Origin: a virus
Virus record (IMG/VR): IMGVR_UViG_3300025174_001715
Length of the DNA: 41,525 nucleotides
Direction: 5' to 3' (one strand)
Of the stretch, positions 16,976-26,900 are shown in pieces (the stretch's first letter is position 1; every line of letters starts with the position of its first letter). A program made the position numbers and the translations under genes. Under the pieces are notes generated by a model that was not told the origin of the DNA, did no database searches, and worked only from the letters and a program-made list of their open reading frames with translations.

Positions 16976-17431
16976 TTGAATATTGAGATAAAATTTCGCA
17001 AACAGAATCTAATATCTAACATTGTCTTAATTCCATTATTTGTTTTTGCAGTTGGGTTACTCTGTTTAACCTATTCAGGCAGTTTGGAAATTAAATCAGT
17101 TTATAGTTTTGGTCCAGCAAACCCAGAACCATTTGAGCTTGGAAATGTTACAGGCTTTTTCCAAGATCCTTTCAATGAGATAATTGCACCATACGAGGCA
17201 ACGCTAGGTGACTTTACACTTGTAATAGCCTGGGCAATTATAATTGGTGTTTTATGGATTAGAGTTTCTAATACGATGATGGTAGGTGTTATCGGAGTTG
17301 CTTTGGCTGCACTTTTTACACAGGGATTTTCAGAAGATGCTCAACAGATTGGATATGCGTTATTGGCTGCTGCTGTGGCAGTTGCTTTGTTCCAAATACT
17401 CACAGTACGCATAAATTTTCCCACAAATTAG
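16976..17431 (+). CDS. Multi-pass membrane protein, probable virion/envelope component
   Basis: Four hydrophobic segments; late-type promoter. Confidence 0.65.
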   Translation: MNIEIKFRKQNLISNIVLIPLFVFAVGLLCLTYSGSLEIKSVYSFGPANPEPFELGNVTGFFQDPFNEIIAPYEATLGDFTLVIAWAIIIGVLWIRVSNTMMVGVIGVALAALFTQGFSEDAQQIGYALLAAAVAVALFQILTVRINFPTN

Positions 17432-17495
17432 GACAGTTAGACAATAATCCCACAATAATTAATTATATTTTGGTTAAAAAAATATAGATGTCGGA

Positions 17496-17750
17496 TTAAC
17501 ATCCAGACATTTTATAGATGAAATAACCTTTTGATTTTATTTCTTCTTCCTGATTTGGTTGAGCTTGTTGAATGTGGCAAAAACTACATTCTTCGGAAGT
17601 TACTTTTGCATTTTCCTGACCTATGGATTTTAGGAATTTTTTTGCAGAGTTAATTGCCTCATTCACTGATTTGCCTTTTGGCATGTAAACATCAAAGTGC
17701 ATTTGGCCTTTTGATCCCTCAACCCAAGTATCAAAAACTTGAATATCCAT
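17496..17750 (-). CDS. DUF2024-family protein
   Basis: VFDTWV…MHFDV…AKKFLKSIG…VTSEECSFCH…GYFIYKM family pattern recalled from memory. Confidence 0.75.
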   Translation of the reverse strand: MDIQVFDTWVEGSKGQMHFDVYMPKGKSVNEAINSAKKFLKSIGQENAKVTSEECSFCHIQQAQPNQEEEIKSKGYFIYKMSGC

Positions 17751-17795
17751 TAATCTAACTTAGAATCATACTTTTTAAGAATTTCGATTCCTCAT

Positions 17796-17807
17796 AAACC
17801 TTATAAC
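17796..17807 (+). promoter_or_regulatory. Promoter AAACCTTATAAC (BRE/TATA-like)
   Basis: About 30 nt before TTG 17833; CTTATAAC core also at 40636 and 40743 and reversed in the 28-bp element. Confidence 0.55.
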
Positions 17808-17832
17808 ATTGAAATTAAAATAAAAGAACAGG

Positions 17833-18168
17833 TTGACGCTTAATCGTTTTAAAAAAATACTTGAAGGAGATATTGATGCAAAGTGGTTTGTTTATGCAGT
17901 TGGACTCACAATTGGACTTTTTCCTGTGATCTTTTTCATATCACATATGATGGGGGTTGCCATCAAAATAATGCCCAATAAAGATACATATTTCTTTATT
18001 GGGGGATTTGGGGTAATTGCAATTATACTTTATATAATTACGTTTAATGAAACAATTCAATTATATTTTCCAGAAGCACCAATAATATTTACAATAATTG
18101 CTTATTTCAGTCTGTTAATCATATTTAACTATAAAGAAATAAAGGTGAATTTGCATGAGATGTTTTAA
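17833..18168 (+). CDS. Three-TM membrane protein
   Basis: Hydrophobic segments. Confidence 0.65.
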   Translation: MTLNRFKKILEGDIDAKWFVYAVGLTIGLFPVIFFISHMMGVAIKIMPNKDTYFFIGGFGVIAIILYIITFNETIQLYFPEAPIIFTIIAYFSLLIIFNYKEIKVNLHEMF

Positions 18169-18240
18169 TTGTAATTCAAATCATGTAATAATTGAAAAAG
18201 ATAGAACCATTACATGTAGACAATGTGGTGGTCATGAGGC

Positions 18241-18477
18241 ATGGTCAAAATGAAACAAAAGGATTTAGACAAAAAAATTAATCATATGTTAGATAGTGAA
18301 TTTTTAAAAGAAGAAGAAATGAATAAACTAAACAACGCGATAAATGACTGGATGAAAACACTAGATGATATTTTCGGAGATAATGATGGCGAACCATTAG
18401 ACGAAGATGGAATCAAGTTTGTTACTGACTTGCTCAAATATAGATTAATGGAACATAACGTGGTGTTACAAGAATGA
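18241..18477 (+). CDS. Hypothetical acidic protein
   Basis: GAGG RBS; ATGA-coupled to the next gene. Confidence 0.55.
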   Translation: MVKMKQKDLDKKINHMLDSEFLKEEEMNKLNNAINDWMKTLDDIFGDNDGEPLDEDGIKFVTDLLKYRLMEHNVVLQE

Positions 18478-18668
18478 AGATAAAAGAAAGCCCTGCATTG
18501 ACACGAATTCCAGTTTTAAGTTCAATAAAAGAAACTATTGAACTATTAGAAGAACAGATTTCAGAACTAATACAGCAGAAAAAATGCTATGATAAAATGA
18601 TATTGGATAGAAAAAAAGCAATAAAGCAATTGAAAAAGAGAGGCTTAAAGCGTGAAGATAAAAACTGA
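18474..18668 (+). CDS. Small coiled-coil protein
   Basis: Heptad pattern. Confidence 0.55.
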   Translation: MKIKESPALTRIPVLSSIKETIELLEEQISELIQQKKCYDKMILDRKKAIKQLKKRGLKREDKN

Positions 18669-19017
18669 ACGTTTTGAAAGAGGAACATTCTCATTTATGC
18701 GTGAAGTCTGGTGTGATGTTGAAAGCTGTAACAGAAGGGCAAGGCATTTTTATGGCGAAGATAAATATGGTAAGAAGATTGCCAAATGCGACAAGCACGT
18801 AAAGAGGATTTAGTTGGAATTCATTTCACTTAACAAGTTCTTAGAGATTGAATTCAAAGTTTGTTTTGTCTGTGGGAATGAGAAATACTGCGAGTTCTAT
18901 ATCAACGATCATCTTTACAGAGTATGTGCCAAGTGCCTGAAAAAAAGGAAAGTAAAATCATTTTTTCAAAAGAGCAATTAGATATGTTTATAACATATTT
19001 ATTCAAACCTAAATAAA

Positions 19018-19236
19018 ATGAAAGCAGACCTGAAAAATATCAGAGATGTTTTAGGACAACATGCAGAAGGCATCAAATTTACAAAAACTGATCTGAATAA
19101 TGGTTACAAACTTAGAGGCTTTTTATCAAGATACGCCTTGGAGGATTTAATGCAAATCTTCCACGTCTATGTCAATAAGCAAAATGACGTAGTTGTTATT
19201 ACAAAAGGCAGATTAAACGTAACGAGTAGAATTTGA
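19018..19236 (+). CDS. Hypothetical protein
   Basis: Follows a GTTATAAC-type TATA near 18987. Confidence 0.55.
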   Translation: MKADLKNIRDVLGQHAEGIKFTKTDLNNGYKLRGFLSRYALEDLMQIFHVYVNKQNDVVVITKGRLNVTSRI

Positions 19237-19502
19237 AACCTGAAACTAATAACAAAGTAAAGAAACTATACAATATCATTCATCCTGCGTTATGGATGTT
19301 GGTAGGTGCATCAATAATTTACGCTACTTCGGTAGTTGATTTAAATTTATCAACCATGTTTTTACAAGAATCTGATTACAAGTCAAACGGTAAGTTTGCC
19401 TGCTGGTATTTTGATGAGTTAGATTATTCAAACTTAAGTGAGTTTGAAACTGATGTAATCCAGGCTTTTCAAAAACACTGTATAGATATGCCAAAGCCAT
19501 GA
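19233..19502 (+). CDS. Membrane-anchored Cys-pair protein, paralog of 20860
   Basis: TM plus GKFACW…EFETDVI…HCIDMP. Confidence 0.7.
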   Translation: MKPETNNKVKKLYNIIHPALWMLVGASIIYATSVVDLNLSTMFLQESDYKSNGKFACWYFDELDYSNLSEFETDVIQAFQKHCIDMPKP

Positions 19503-19541
19503 CATCCAGCAAACTAATAAACTAGAATTCCAAGTTCAGAT

Positions 19542-19889
19542 ATGGCCAAAAAATACTGCCTTTTAATTATTTATAGAAACAAAAAGGGAGGAGAATGTAG
19601 CAGTAAACTTACAAGCATATATTGTTGCAAAAGACTGATAACAGCATTAAACAATAGAAAATTAAGACAGTCAATAGGCGGTATTTCTACATTAGAAAAA
19701 CACAATTGGTTGAGATATTATACATTAGAAAAACACAATTGGAATGATAAATGGCTGAGATACTGTCCATTCTGCAAATCAAAAATAAAAATGAGAAAGA
19801 TACTCATTGATGAAATTCCATATGATTTTATAGTTAAACAAGAGATAGTGGACGCTACTACACGAATAACACATTTGGGTAAATACTGA
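19542..19889 (+). CDS. Cys-containing protein with internal duplication
   Basis: TLEKHNW twice; CPFC. Confidence 0.55.
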   Translation: MAKKYCLLIIYRNKKGGECSSKLTSIYCCKRLITALNNRKLRQSIGGISTLEKHNWLRYYTLEKHNWNDKWLRYCPFCKSKIKMRKILIDEIPYDFIVKQEIVDATTRITHLGKY

Positions 19890-20125
19890 TGGCAGTACGT
19901 ATCACAATAGTAAAATGCACAAAAAAAGATTCAAACTGTTGTATGTGTGGTAAATTAATTCCAAAAGGCAGTAAAAGCATCAGTGCATTTGGTTATGATT
20001 ATGACAATGAAAGAGTAAACGAGAGAGTCCATCCAGTCAAAGATTGTTATGAAGAATGGTTTGGTAACATCGATATGGTTGAACCAAGTGATTTTCCTGA
20101 ACTAATGGAGATTAAAAATGGCTAA
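19889..20125 (+). CDS. Zinc-finger protein
   Basis: CCMCGKLI…H…C. Confidence 0.6.
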   Translation: MAVRITIVKCTKKDSNCCMCGKLIPKGSKSISAFGYDYDNERVNERVHPVKDCYEEWFGNIDMVEPSDFPELMEIKNG

Positions 20126-20354
20126 AGATAAGGAAGCTGTCAAGAAAATTTTAATGGATAATTTGGAGAAGATTGGTGAAGAATTAAATTTAGAAGTAGG
20201 CAAACCACTTAGCGGTTCAGAGTTTATTGATCTTATGCAACAAATGAAGAAGACATATGATGAAAAAGGCTGGGATGCCACGCAAAAAACCTTCCATGAT
20301 TTTTATCAGCAGAAAAATAGGAAAGACAAGGATTATAGGAAAAAATTACCATGA
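20118..20354 (+). CDS. Hypothetical protein
   Basis: GGAG RBS; coupled. Confidence 0.6.
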   Translation: MAKDKEAVKKILMDNLEKIGEELNLEVGKPLSGSEFIDLMQQMKKTYDEKGWDATQKTFHDFYQQKNRKDKDYRKKLP

Positions 20355-20770
20355 ACCTGAAAGGAAGACCAATGCACCTAATCTTAAAAGATGGAGTAAT
20401 GAAAAGTTATCGATGTGCCTACCGACACCACAAGAAATGTAAAAATCTATCTAAAGCATGTATATGTAAGTGTCATAAAATCATGAAAGTCGAAGCTGTT
20501 ATAGCAAAAATTATTGCATGGGAAGACAGAAAACATTTTCCTGTGATTGAAAGGATCGAGGCAGGTAATGGGATATATGATTTTTTAGTTCTAGCTATTC
20601 CAAAAGAAAAAACAAATATTCCACTAATTAAGAAATTAAGCAGTTTTGTAAAGGAAGAAATAATTACAGTTGAACAGACGGTAATTTACAACGGATTATG
20701 GATGCCTGTAAAAAGAACCCACAACTACAAACCAGGAGATCAAATTGTCTTATCCTACCAAGTGTCCTAG
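20351..20770 (+). CDS. Hypothetical protein with N-terminal Cys/His cluster
   Basis: C…HHKKC…CICKCH. Confidence 0.6.
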   Translation: MNLKGRPMHLILKDGVMKSYRCAYRHHKKCKNLSKACICKCHKIMKVEAVIAKIIAWEDRKHFPVIERIEAGNGIYDFLVLAIPKEKTNIPLIKKLSSFVKEEIITVEQTVIYNGLWMPVKRTHNYKPGDQIVLSYQVS

Positions 20771-20859
20771 ATGTGAATCAATAATGGTCAAAGAGCCAGC
20801 TTGCGAACTTCGGTGTTTAACCTGTGGTGGTCTGTTAGATTGCAGTGACATAATGACAC

Positions 20860-21153
20860 ATGGCACTTAGTAAAAAACAGATCATCATTTGTACCATAAT
20901 AGGGTTAACACTTGGCATTGTTACTGCTCATTATTCAGTAGACTTTGATTGGATAAGTGGTTGGTTTAAGAATGGTGAAATAGCAACAAGAAACGAGGAA
21001 GGCCGATTCTACTGCTGGGCAATAGATGGAATAATTAACTCCCCAGAATATCTCAATACAACTGATTATGAGAAAGACTTGATTAAACTTCACAAAAAAT
21101 GGTGCATAGATGAGCCAAGACAGAACGCAGGTCTGGTCATGCCATCCACATAA
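20860..21153 (+). CDS. Membrane-anchored Cys-pair protein, paralog of 19233
   Basis: TM plus GRFYCW…DYEKDLI…WCIDEP. Confidence 0.7.
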   Translation: MALSKKQIIICTIIGLTLGIVTAHYSVDFDWISGWFKNGEIATRNEEGRFYCWAIDGIINSPEYLNTTDYEKDLIKLHKKWCIDEPRQNAGLVMPST

Positions 21154-21234
21154 AACCTCAAATTAGTACACATTTTTATCAATAATTTTAAATAGTATAC
21201 AGTAAAGGTCTAAACTGTGAGTGAGTAAAGCAAC

Positions 21235-21606
21235 TTGTCCGATCCAAGTGGAGAGGTACGAAGTGTACTAGGCTTAATCACTTCGTCAGGTGGCAGTAAA
21301 GAAAATCGAGCAGATAGATTGCTCTATCGTACACTTGTTGGTCCAAAAAACCTGCCAAACGCTGTTGAAAAAATAGAACAGATTACAGCAGTTAAAGAAA
21401 CATTACCAATCACCATGCAGGATGTGGCTGATGAGGCTAAGGAAATTCTTACACGTGCATTAATCTCAACTACATCAATCAAAGGTCATATGTTACAAAT
21501 GTTAACAACCCAGAAATCTGAAATCAAGGTCAATGATCCAAGGGCAAGAAGACAGATTATGGGAGGATTATTACGAGGTGTTGGTGGAGGCGGTGACGAC
21601 TATTGA
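21235..21606 (+). CDS. Hypothetical protein, possibly structural
   Basis: TTG start after a TTTTAAATA motif. Confidence 0.65.
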   Translation: MSDPSGEVRSVLGLITSSGGSKENRADRLLYRTLVGPKNLPNAVEKIEQITAVKETLPITMQDVADEAKEILTRALISTTSIKGHMLQMLTTQKSEIKVNDPRARRQIMGGLLRGVGGGGDDY

Positions 21607-22334
21607 GCATTAGCATACAAAAACAGAAAAAGAAAATTATTGAATCCAAAGATGTCGGATGTCGGAAAATCCATTTTTCAATTCACTCACCAAACTTAAA
21701 GTTAGAGTTTTGTGCAAAGTGTGATGATTACGTTCAGTTAATTTCTGGTAACATATGTGCCTGTTGCAAGAGAGTCGTTCCAAAAACATTAAAGTATACT
21801 TGGTTGACACGCGTACTAAAGTTTGGTGTAAAACAACACCATAATTTTTTAAAGGACTGGATGCTGTATCCAGACTATTGTGAAGTAAGACCGCTTCAAA
21901 AACCCTATGTGTGGTATCAGGAAATTTTTGATGAAAATGGAAATCCACAAATCGATGAGAAAGGAAAAGTAAAGACTAGAAGAATTCTTGTGAAGGAAGG
22001 TTTTACAAAGCCACCAAGAAATTCTCAGTTCTTGGAGGTTCGTTATCGTGAAACAGTATACCAGATTCCTGTAAAGTATCTTGCACTAGCCCTAGTATCT
22101 AATGACGGTGATGTAGTTGATGAAAAAGGCAAAGTCGTTATTGAGGGAGGCGAGGAAGCCAAACTAAAGATTATAAAAAAACATACTGGAATCAAAGGAT
22201 TCAGAGTTCATTACCCAGAAGAAGAACAGATGGACTTGAAGTGTAAAAGATGCTGCGAGTTTCTAAAATATGACAAGGACGATAACATATTCTGCCCATC
22301 CTGTGATCGTAACAATAATCACGAATTACAGTAA
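21603..22334 (+). CDS. Multi-zinc-finger protein
   Basis: CAKC…CACC and CKRC…CPSC. Confidence 0.7.
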   Translation: MSISIQKQKKKIIESKDVGCRKIHFSIHSPNLKLEFCAKCDDYVQLISGNICACCKRVVPKTLKYTWLTRVLKFGVKQHHNFLKDWMLYPDYCEVRPLQKPYVWYQEIFDENGNPQIDEKGKVKTRRILVKEGFTKPPRNSQFLEVRYRETVYQIPVKYLALALVSNDGDVVDEKGKVVIEGGEEAKLKIIKKHTGIKGFRVHYPEEEQMDLKCKRCCEFLKYDKDDNIFCPSCDRNNNHELQ

Positions 22335-22335
22335 T

Positions 22336-22356
22336 TTTCTTTTAAATAAGTCAACT
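22336..22356 (+). promoter_or_regulatory. Late-type promoter TTTCTTTTAAATAAGTCAACT
   Basis: Identical 21-mer at 23632-23652; both 35 nt before a start codon. Confidence 0.8.
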
Positions 22357-22370
22357 TTTCAACAAATTCA

Positions 22371-23474
22371 ATGGTACTCAGCCTTTCATTTGTCCTAGCT
22401 TTGGTTGGTTCAGCAGTTGGATTGATAATTGGCATGGTAATTTATGGCGACATCTCAGAAGCCATTGAATGTCCTGTTGGTGAGATAATTGGTGGTGGGG
22501 GGGGTGGAGGTAATATAACAACAACTGCACCAAACACAGGAACATATGGTTCTGATGCAGATGGATTGTATTTTGAAGATAACGTTCAAATGGATTTTCA
22601 AGTTGCAAGTGGAATATTAAGCAACGGAGTTTACCAAGAAGGAACATCAACTCTTGAAGATCAGGGAGAGGTTAGATTTGGTAGCAATCTCCCACAATGG
22701 AATTTCTTACATGATGGAGATGCAGGTTCTAACCTTGTATCAATAAATTTTTGGATTAATGGAGATATAGAAGGTGGACCATCTTATCCAGTTATAGATA
22801 CACTTCATTGTAATTTTTATGATACAACTTGTGTTACATATGGATTTACAGTTCAAGGAGTAAACGATGATAATGGAGTTTTAGTTTATACTCAAAGTGG
22901 TAGCTTACAATTTTATGTATATAATGGAGGTTCTAACATTTTTAATGCTCAGTGGTTGGATGGTGCACCACCAGATGATAGTAATTGGCATATGATTACC
23001 CTAGTTTATGACAAAAGTGACAGTTCTGGAATTACGTGTACTGATGGATCATGCTCAAGTTTTTGGGTGGGTGCACCTACTGCATTTACAATATCAGGTC
23101 AAGATGCTGTTAGCACATTAAGTGTTGGTACAACACATGGTTGTTGTGGGGGTGTAACAGAAAATGGATTTCTTGTGGATGATTTTACAGTATGGAATGG
23201 ATACACACTAACACAAACAGATATTGATGATATGTGGAATAGTGGGGTAGGTTCTTCAGCAGGTGCAACAGGAGAAAGTATAGAACTTAGTAGTCAAGTC
23301 TTACACGTAACATTTGATGAAGGTACTGGAAGTCCAAGTAGTGAAGGACAAGTAGGTGCTGAACAATGCCAGCAAGCCAAAGATATTTCTTGGACAGTTA
23401 TAGGAATTATTCCAGTCGCACTTTTCTTTTCCTTATTTGCAATATTTTCCGCACTAGGTACAGGAAAGCAGTAA
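22371..23474 (+). CDS. Capsid-like hairpin protein with inserted LamG/concanavalin-like domain (putative adhesin/spike)
   Basis: Termini align with ORF 3633; insert has SINFWI, DDSNWHMITLVYD, VDDFTVWNGYTLTQTDIDDMWN; poly-Gly linker. Confidence 0.75.
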   Translation: MVLSLSFVLALVGSAVGLIIGMVIYGDISEAIECPVGEIIGGGGGGGNITTTAPNTGTYGSDADGLYFEDNVQMDFQVASGILSNGVYQEGTSTLEDQGEVRFGSNLPQWNFLHDGDAGSNLVSINFWINGDIEGGPSYPVIDTLHCNFYDTTCVTYGFTVQGVNDDNGVLVYTQSGSLQFYVYNGGSNIFNAQWLDGAPPDDSNWHMITLVYDKSDSSGITCTDGSCSSFWVGAPTAFTISGQDAVSTLSVGTTHGCCGGVTENGFLVDDFTVWNGYTLTQTDIDDMWNSGVGSSAGATGESIELSSQVLHVTFDEGTGSPSSEGQVGAEQCQQAKDISWTVIGIIPVALFFSLFAIFSALGTGKQ

Positions 23475-23626
23475 TGAAAAAAGTTAAAATTCCTGATCCA
23501 ATTGATATTGCAGATACGGTCAATGTATTCTTCTTAGGTCCAAATGCAGCAATAAAGGAATCAAACAGAAAAAAGGCACAAAAACAGTTTAAAGACGAGT
23601 TTAGAATGTTTGGTTTTAAGATTTAA
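23474..23626 (+). CDS. Small protein MKKVKIPDP…FGFKI
   Basis: TAATG-coupled; internal ATG of ORF 23366-23626. Confidence 0.55.
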   Translation: MKKVKIPDPIDIADTVNVFFLGPNAAIKESNRKKAQKQFKDEFRMFGFKI

Positions 23627-23631
23627 ACTAC

Positions 23632-23652
23632 TTTCTTTTAAATAAGTCAACT
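23632..23652 (+). promoter_or_regulatory. Late-type promoter, copy 2
   Basis: Identical to 22336-22356. Confidence 0.8.
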
Positions 23653-23666
23653 ATTCAAAAAAACCA

Positions 23667-23960
23667 TTGTCATACGAAGAATCTGGGGTGGATGCACCAC
23701 TTAACCCAAATAGACCTAAATCAGCAATTGCTTTACCACCATCCCCATCAGCAGCATTTGATACTTTAGTTGATCAGTCATATACACAGCCAAGACCAGA
23801 AAGGGAAATAATGTCTGACATTGAATCCAGTTTTTCATTTTCTGATACAGATTATCGAGGACAGCATGGAAGAAATGTTCAGGAATATTTTGGTATAAAA
23901 CAAAAGAAAACTTTTGGCCCTCAAAATTTACCACATCGTAAAAAGAGGTTTGGTTATTAA
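23667..23960 (+). CDS. Disordered hypothetical protein
   Basis: TTG start 35 nt after the promoter; TAATG-coupled to the giant ORF. Confidence 0.7.
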   Translation: MSYEESGVDAPLNPNRPKSAIALPPSPSAAFDTLVDQSYTQPRPEREIMSDIESSFSFSDTDYRGQHGRNVQEYFGIKQKKTFGPQNLPHRKKRFGY

Positions 23961-26900
23961 TGGCACAAGGAAGATCAGCTCCAAAGAAAGCTACACCTTC
24001 AAAACCATCTGCACCTTCAAAACCATCTGCACCTTCAAAACCATCTGCACCAGCACCAAAACCTTCTGCACCTTCAAGAACTGAACGTGGTCCTTCTACA
24101 CCAGCACCAGCTCCAAAAGCTGCACCAGCACCATCTGCACCAGCACCAAAACCTTCACCAGCACCAGCTCCAAAACCTGTATCCGCACCAGCAAAACCTG
24201 CACCAACACCAGTTTCAGTTTCAAGAACTGAAAGAGGATTTGCTGCTGCACCACCTTCAGCTCCAAAAGCTGCACCAGTTATTTCAATTCCAAAAGCAGC
24301 AGTTCCTAAAGTGCCAACATCACAACAGGCGTATGTTAGTGCTGCTGCACCTTCACCTCCACCAAAAGCTGCACCAGCTCCTTCAAGAACTGATAGAGGG
24401 CCAACAATAAGACCAACAATAATTTCACCCGAAGCTTTAGTAGAAGACGAATCTTTTGCACAACAAGCATTTGCAGAAGAACCATCTTATGAGCAGCCAT
24501 CATATCCACCAGGAACAACTCAATTCATAGAAGAACGAGAAGCAGTAACTCAATTCAGAGAAGAACGAGAAGCTGAAGAACCATTTACACCATCAATGGA
24601 AATTGATACTAGACAACCAGAAGTTGATCGAGCAATTATTTATGAACCAATTGCACCACCACCTCCACCTCCCCCACCAAAAAAAGAAGCTAAAAAATTA
24701 CCAGAACAACAATTTGCAATCGGTGCTGTAGATACTGAAGGGAAAGTAACAATATTACGAACATCAGGAGAGGTTGGAAAAGTTTCAGTTGCAACAGCAG
24801 AGAAGTTAGCAGCAGCAGGAAAAATTGCATCAGGACAAGATTATGATATTTTCCAAACCATTACAACAAAAGTAAAAGGTGCAAAACCTGGACCTGTAGG
24901 TGGCATACTGTCAGTTGGACCAGAAAAGCCATTGGTGTCACCTACACGATTAGAAATCGGTGAGCCACCAAAATCAAAAGAACAATTGCGAGAAGAAACT
25001 TTAGCATTTAGAGCTGGCATATCTCCAAACATAAGTCTATTTGATATATCACAAGCTAGATTACGAGAAGATGAAATTTATGGGCCAGGAGAAGTAATTG
25101 GCAAGCGTGATCTAAAAACAGGAGAGTTCGTACCATTAGCAGGTATAGAAAAAGAAGCTGTTGATATTATCAGACGAGAACAAGATATTGCAAGAGTAGC
25201 AAACGCATTACAAGCACAAAGATTCATGGACATTACAGGTGCAAAGTCTGGTATAGATGTTTTAGCAAAAGAGGAAGAACTTCAAAAGAAAGGCATACAA
25301 CAAATTATTGAACCACAGTTTACTTTTGGTGCATATCAAGCTCCGTCAGATGTTCCATACTTTGAGGAAAGACCAAGAATAGGAGGAGTTGATACGCCTG
25401 AAAAATTGGCAGCAATTAAAGAAAGAATTGAGAAAACACCACGAGCCTCACTTCAGGAAACATTAGGTTTTGGAGTTCCAGTAGTAACAACTGAAACTAT
25501 TGTTGAAACTGAATTCATACCAAAAGCAGGAGTAAGTAAAGCCCAACAACAGGAATATTTCCCACCTGTTTCAATCCCTGAAGACAAATTACCTACATCA
25601 ATAGAGAAAACAAAGACTGGAACAGCAGAAAAGTTACAACAGTTTGGTTTTGGTATTAGTCCAGAATTTCTAAAAGGTGTTACACAGCAAGAAATTAAAT
25701 ATGATGAACCAGGAAAAATTGCAAAGCCAGTACCACTTTCAGCCGAAGCAAAAGAATATCGTGCAACACTCAGCCTTGGTGATAGACAGATGTTGGAACA
25801 ATTAGAGGGCTATCCACGTGCAGGAATACCAAAAGCACAGGTTGATATTTTATCCCCAGAAGAAGCTTCAAGACGAGATGTATTTGGTGAAGAATCATAC
25901 TTAAAACCTACTTCACCATTTGGTTCGGTAGTACAAGGAATACTTACACCAGCACCACTACATCTTGCAACTGGCATTGAACGAGCAACAGGTGTTCAGA
26001 TTGTTCCAAAACAGGTAAGTGGATTCTTTACAGATATTGGTTCTGCATTTTCAGCAGACATTGAGAATGAAGCAATTGCAGTTGCAAATGTTCAAAAATT
26101 AGCATCAGGGCAAGCTCAACTAGAATACAACAGAACACCACAAGAAAGAGTATTTGGTGGAACAATTGAAAACGCATTTGGTTCTGCATTTCCAACTCCA
26201 CTGATCAGTGAACCAGATACACAGGGAATGGTTGATGCACAGTTAAAAAGTGGACAAATTGTAAAGGTGTCACAAACAAAAGCACAAGAACTTGCAAGTG
26301 AAGGCAGACTAGAAACAGTTGGTGGCGGTGGTGCAGCACAGTTCAAGGCAACAGAGTCACAGATTTTCAGTAATGAGTTAACATCATTTTTACAAAGACC
26401 AGGCTTAACGATTGGTAGTACAGCCGAATTTGTAGGATCTGCAATACTTGGTGGAAAGGTAATATCTGTTTCAGCAAAAGCAGTTTCAAAAGGAGTCAAA
26501 GCACTTAGAGGTATACCAGCAGCACCAGCAGCAGTAAGGGCTGCTGAAAAACCATTTGCACAAATTAGCCAAGAATTTATTCCAACAACTGAACCTACCA
26601 GTACAATTACAGGAAAATTATTAAAAGGATTTGGCTCAATTACAGAAAAAGTTTCAAAGACAAAGGAGAAAGTTACACAGTATTCAGCAATAACTGGACA
26701 GCCGATAGGAAAAACAAGAGAAATCTCAACAGTTGTAACAGGAAAAGAGATTGAAGATTTAAGAAAATATAACTTACAAAAAGGAATTAAAATTTCCTAC
26801 GATAGAGCAAAAGACTTAATCATTGAATCAAGAAAAAGAAAAGTTCCATTAGGTGAAGCATTAGCTAAACCATCTGATAAAGAGATTCAAGCATTTGCCA

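Noticed and set aside
22492-22510. G-run as a phase-variable or G-quadruplex site
   Set aside because: It encodes the poly-Gly linker (GGTGGTGGGGGGGGTGGA) at the domain insertion boundary; no evidence of frameshifting.
23996-24270. PSAP motifs as ESCRT-recruiting late domains
   Set aside because: They arise within a P/S/A/K low-complexity repeat, and there is no evidence that the host has a UEV/ESCRT-I partner.
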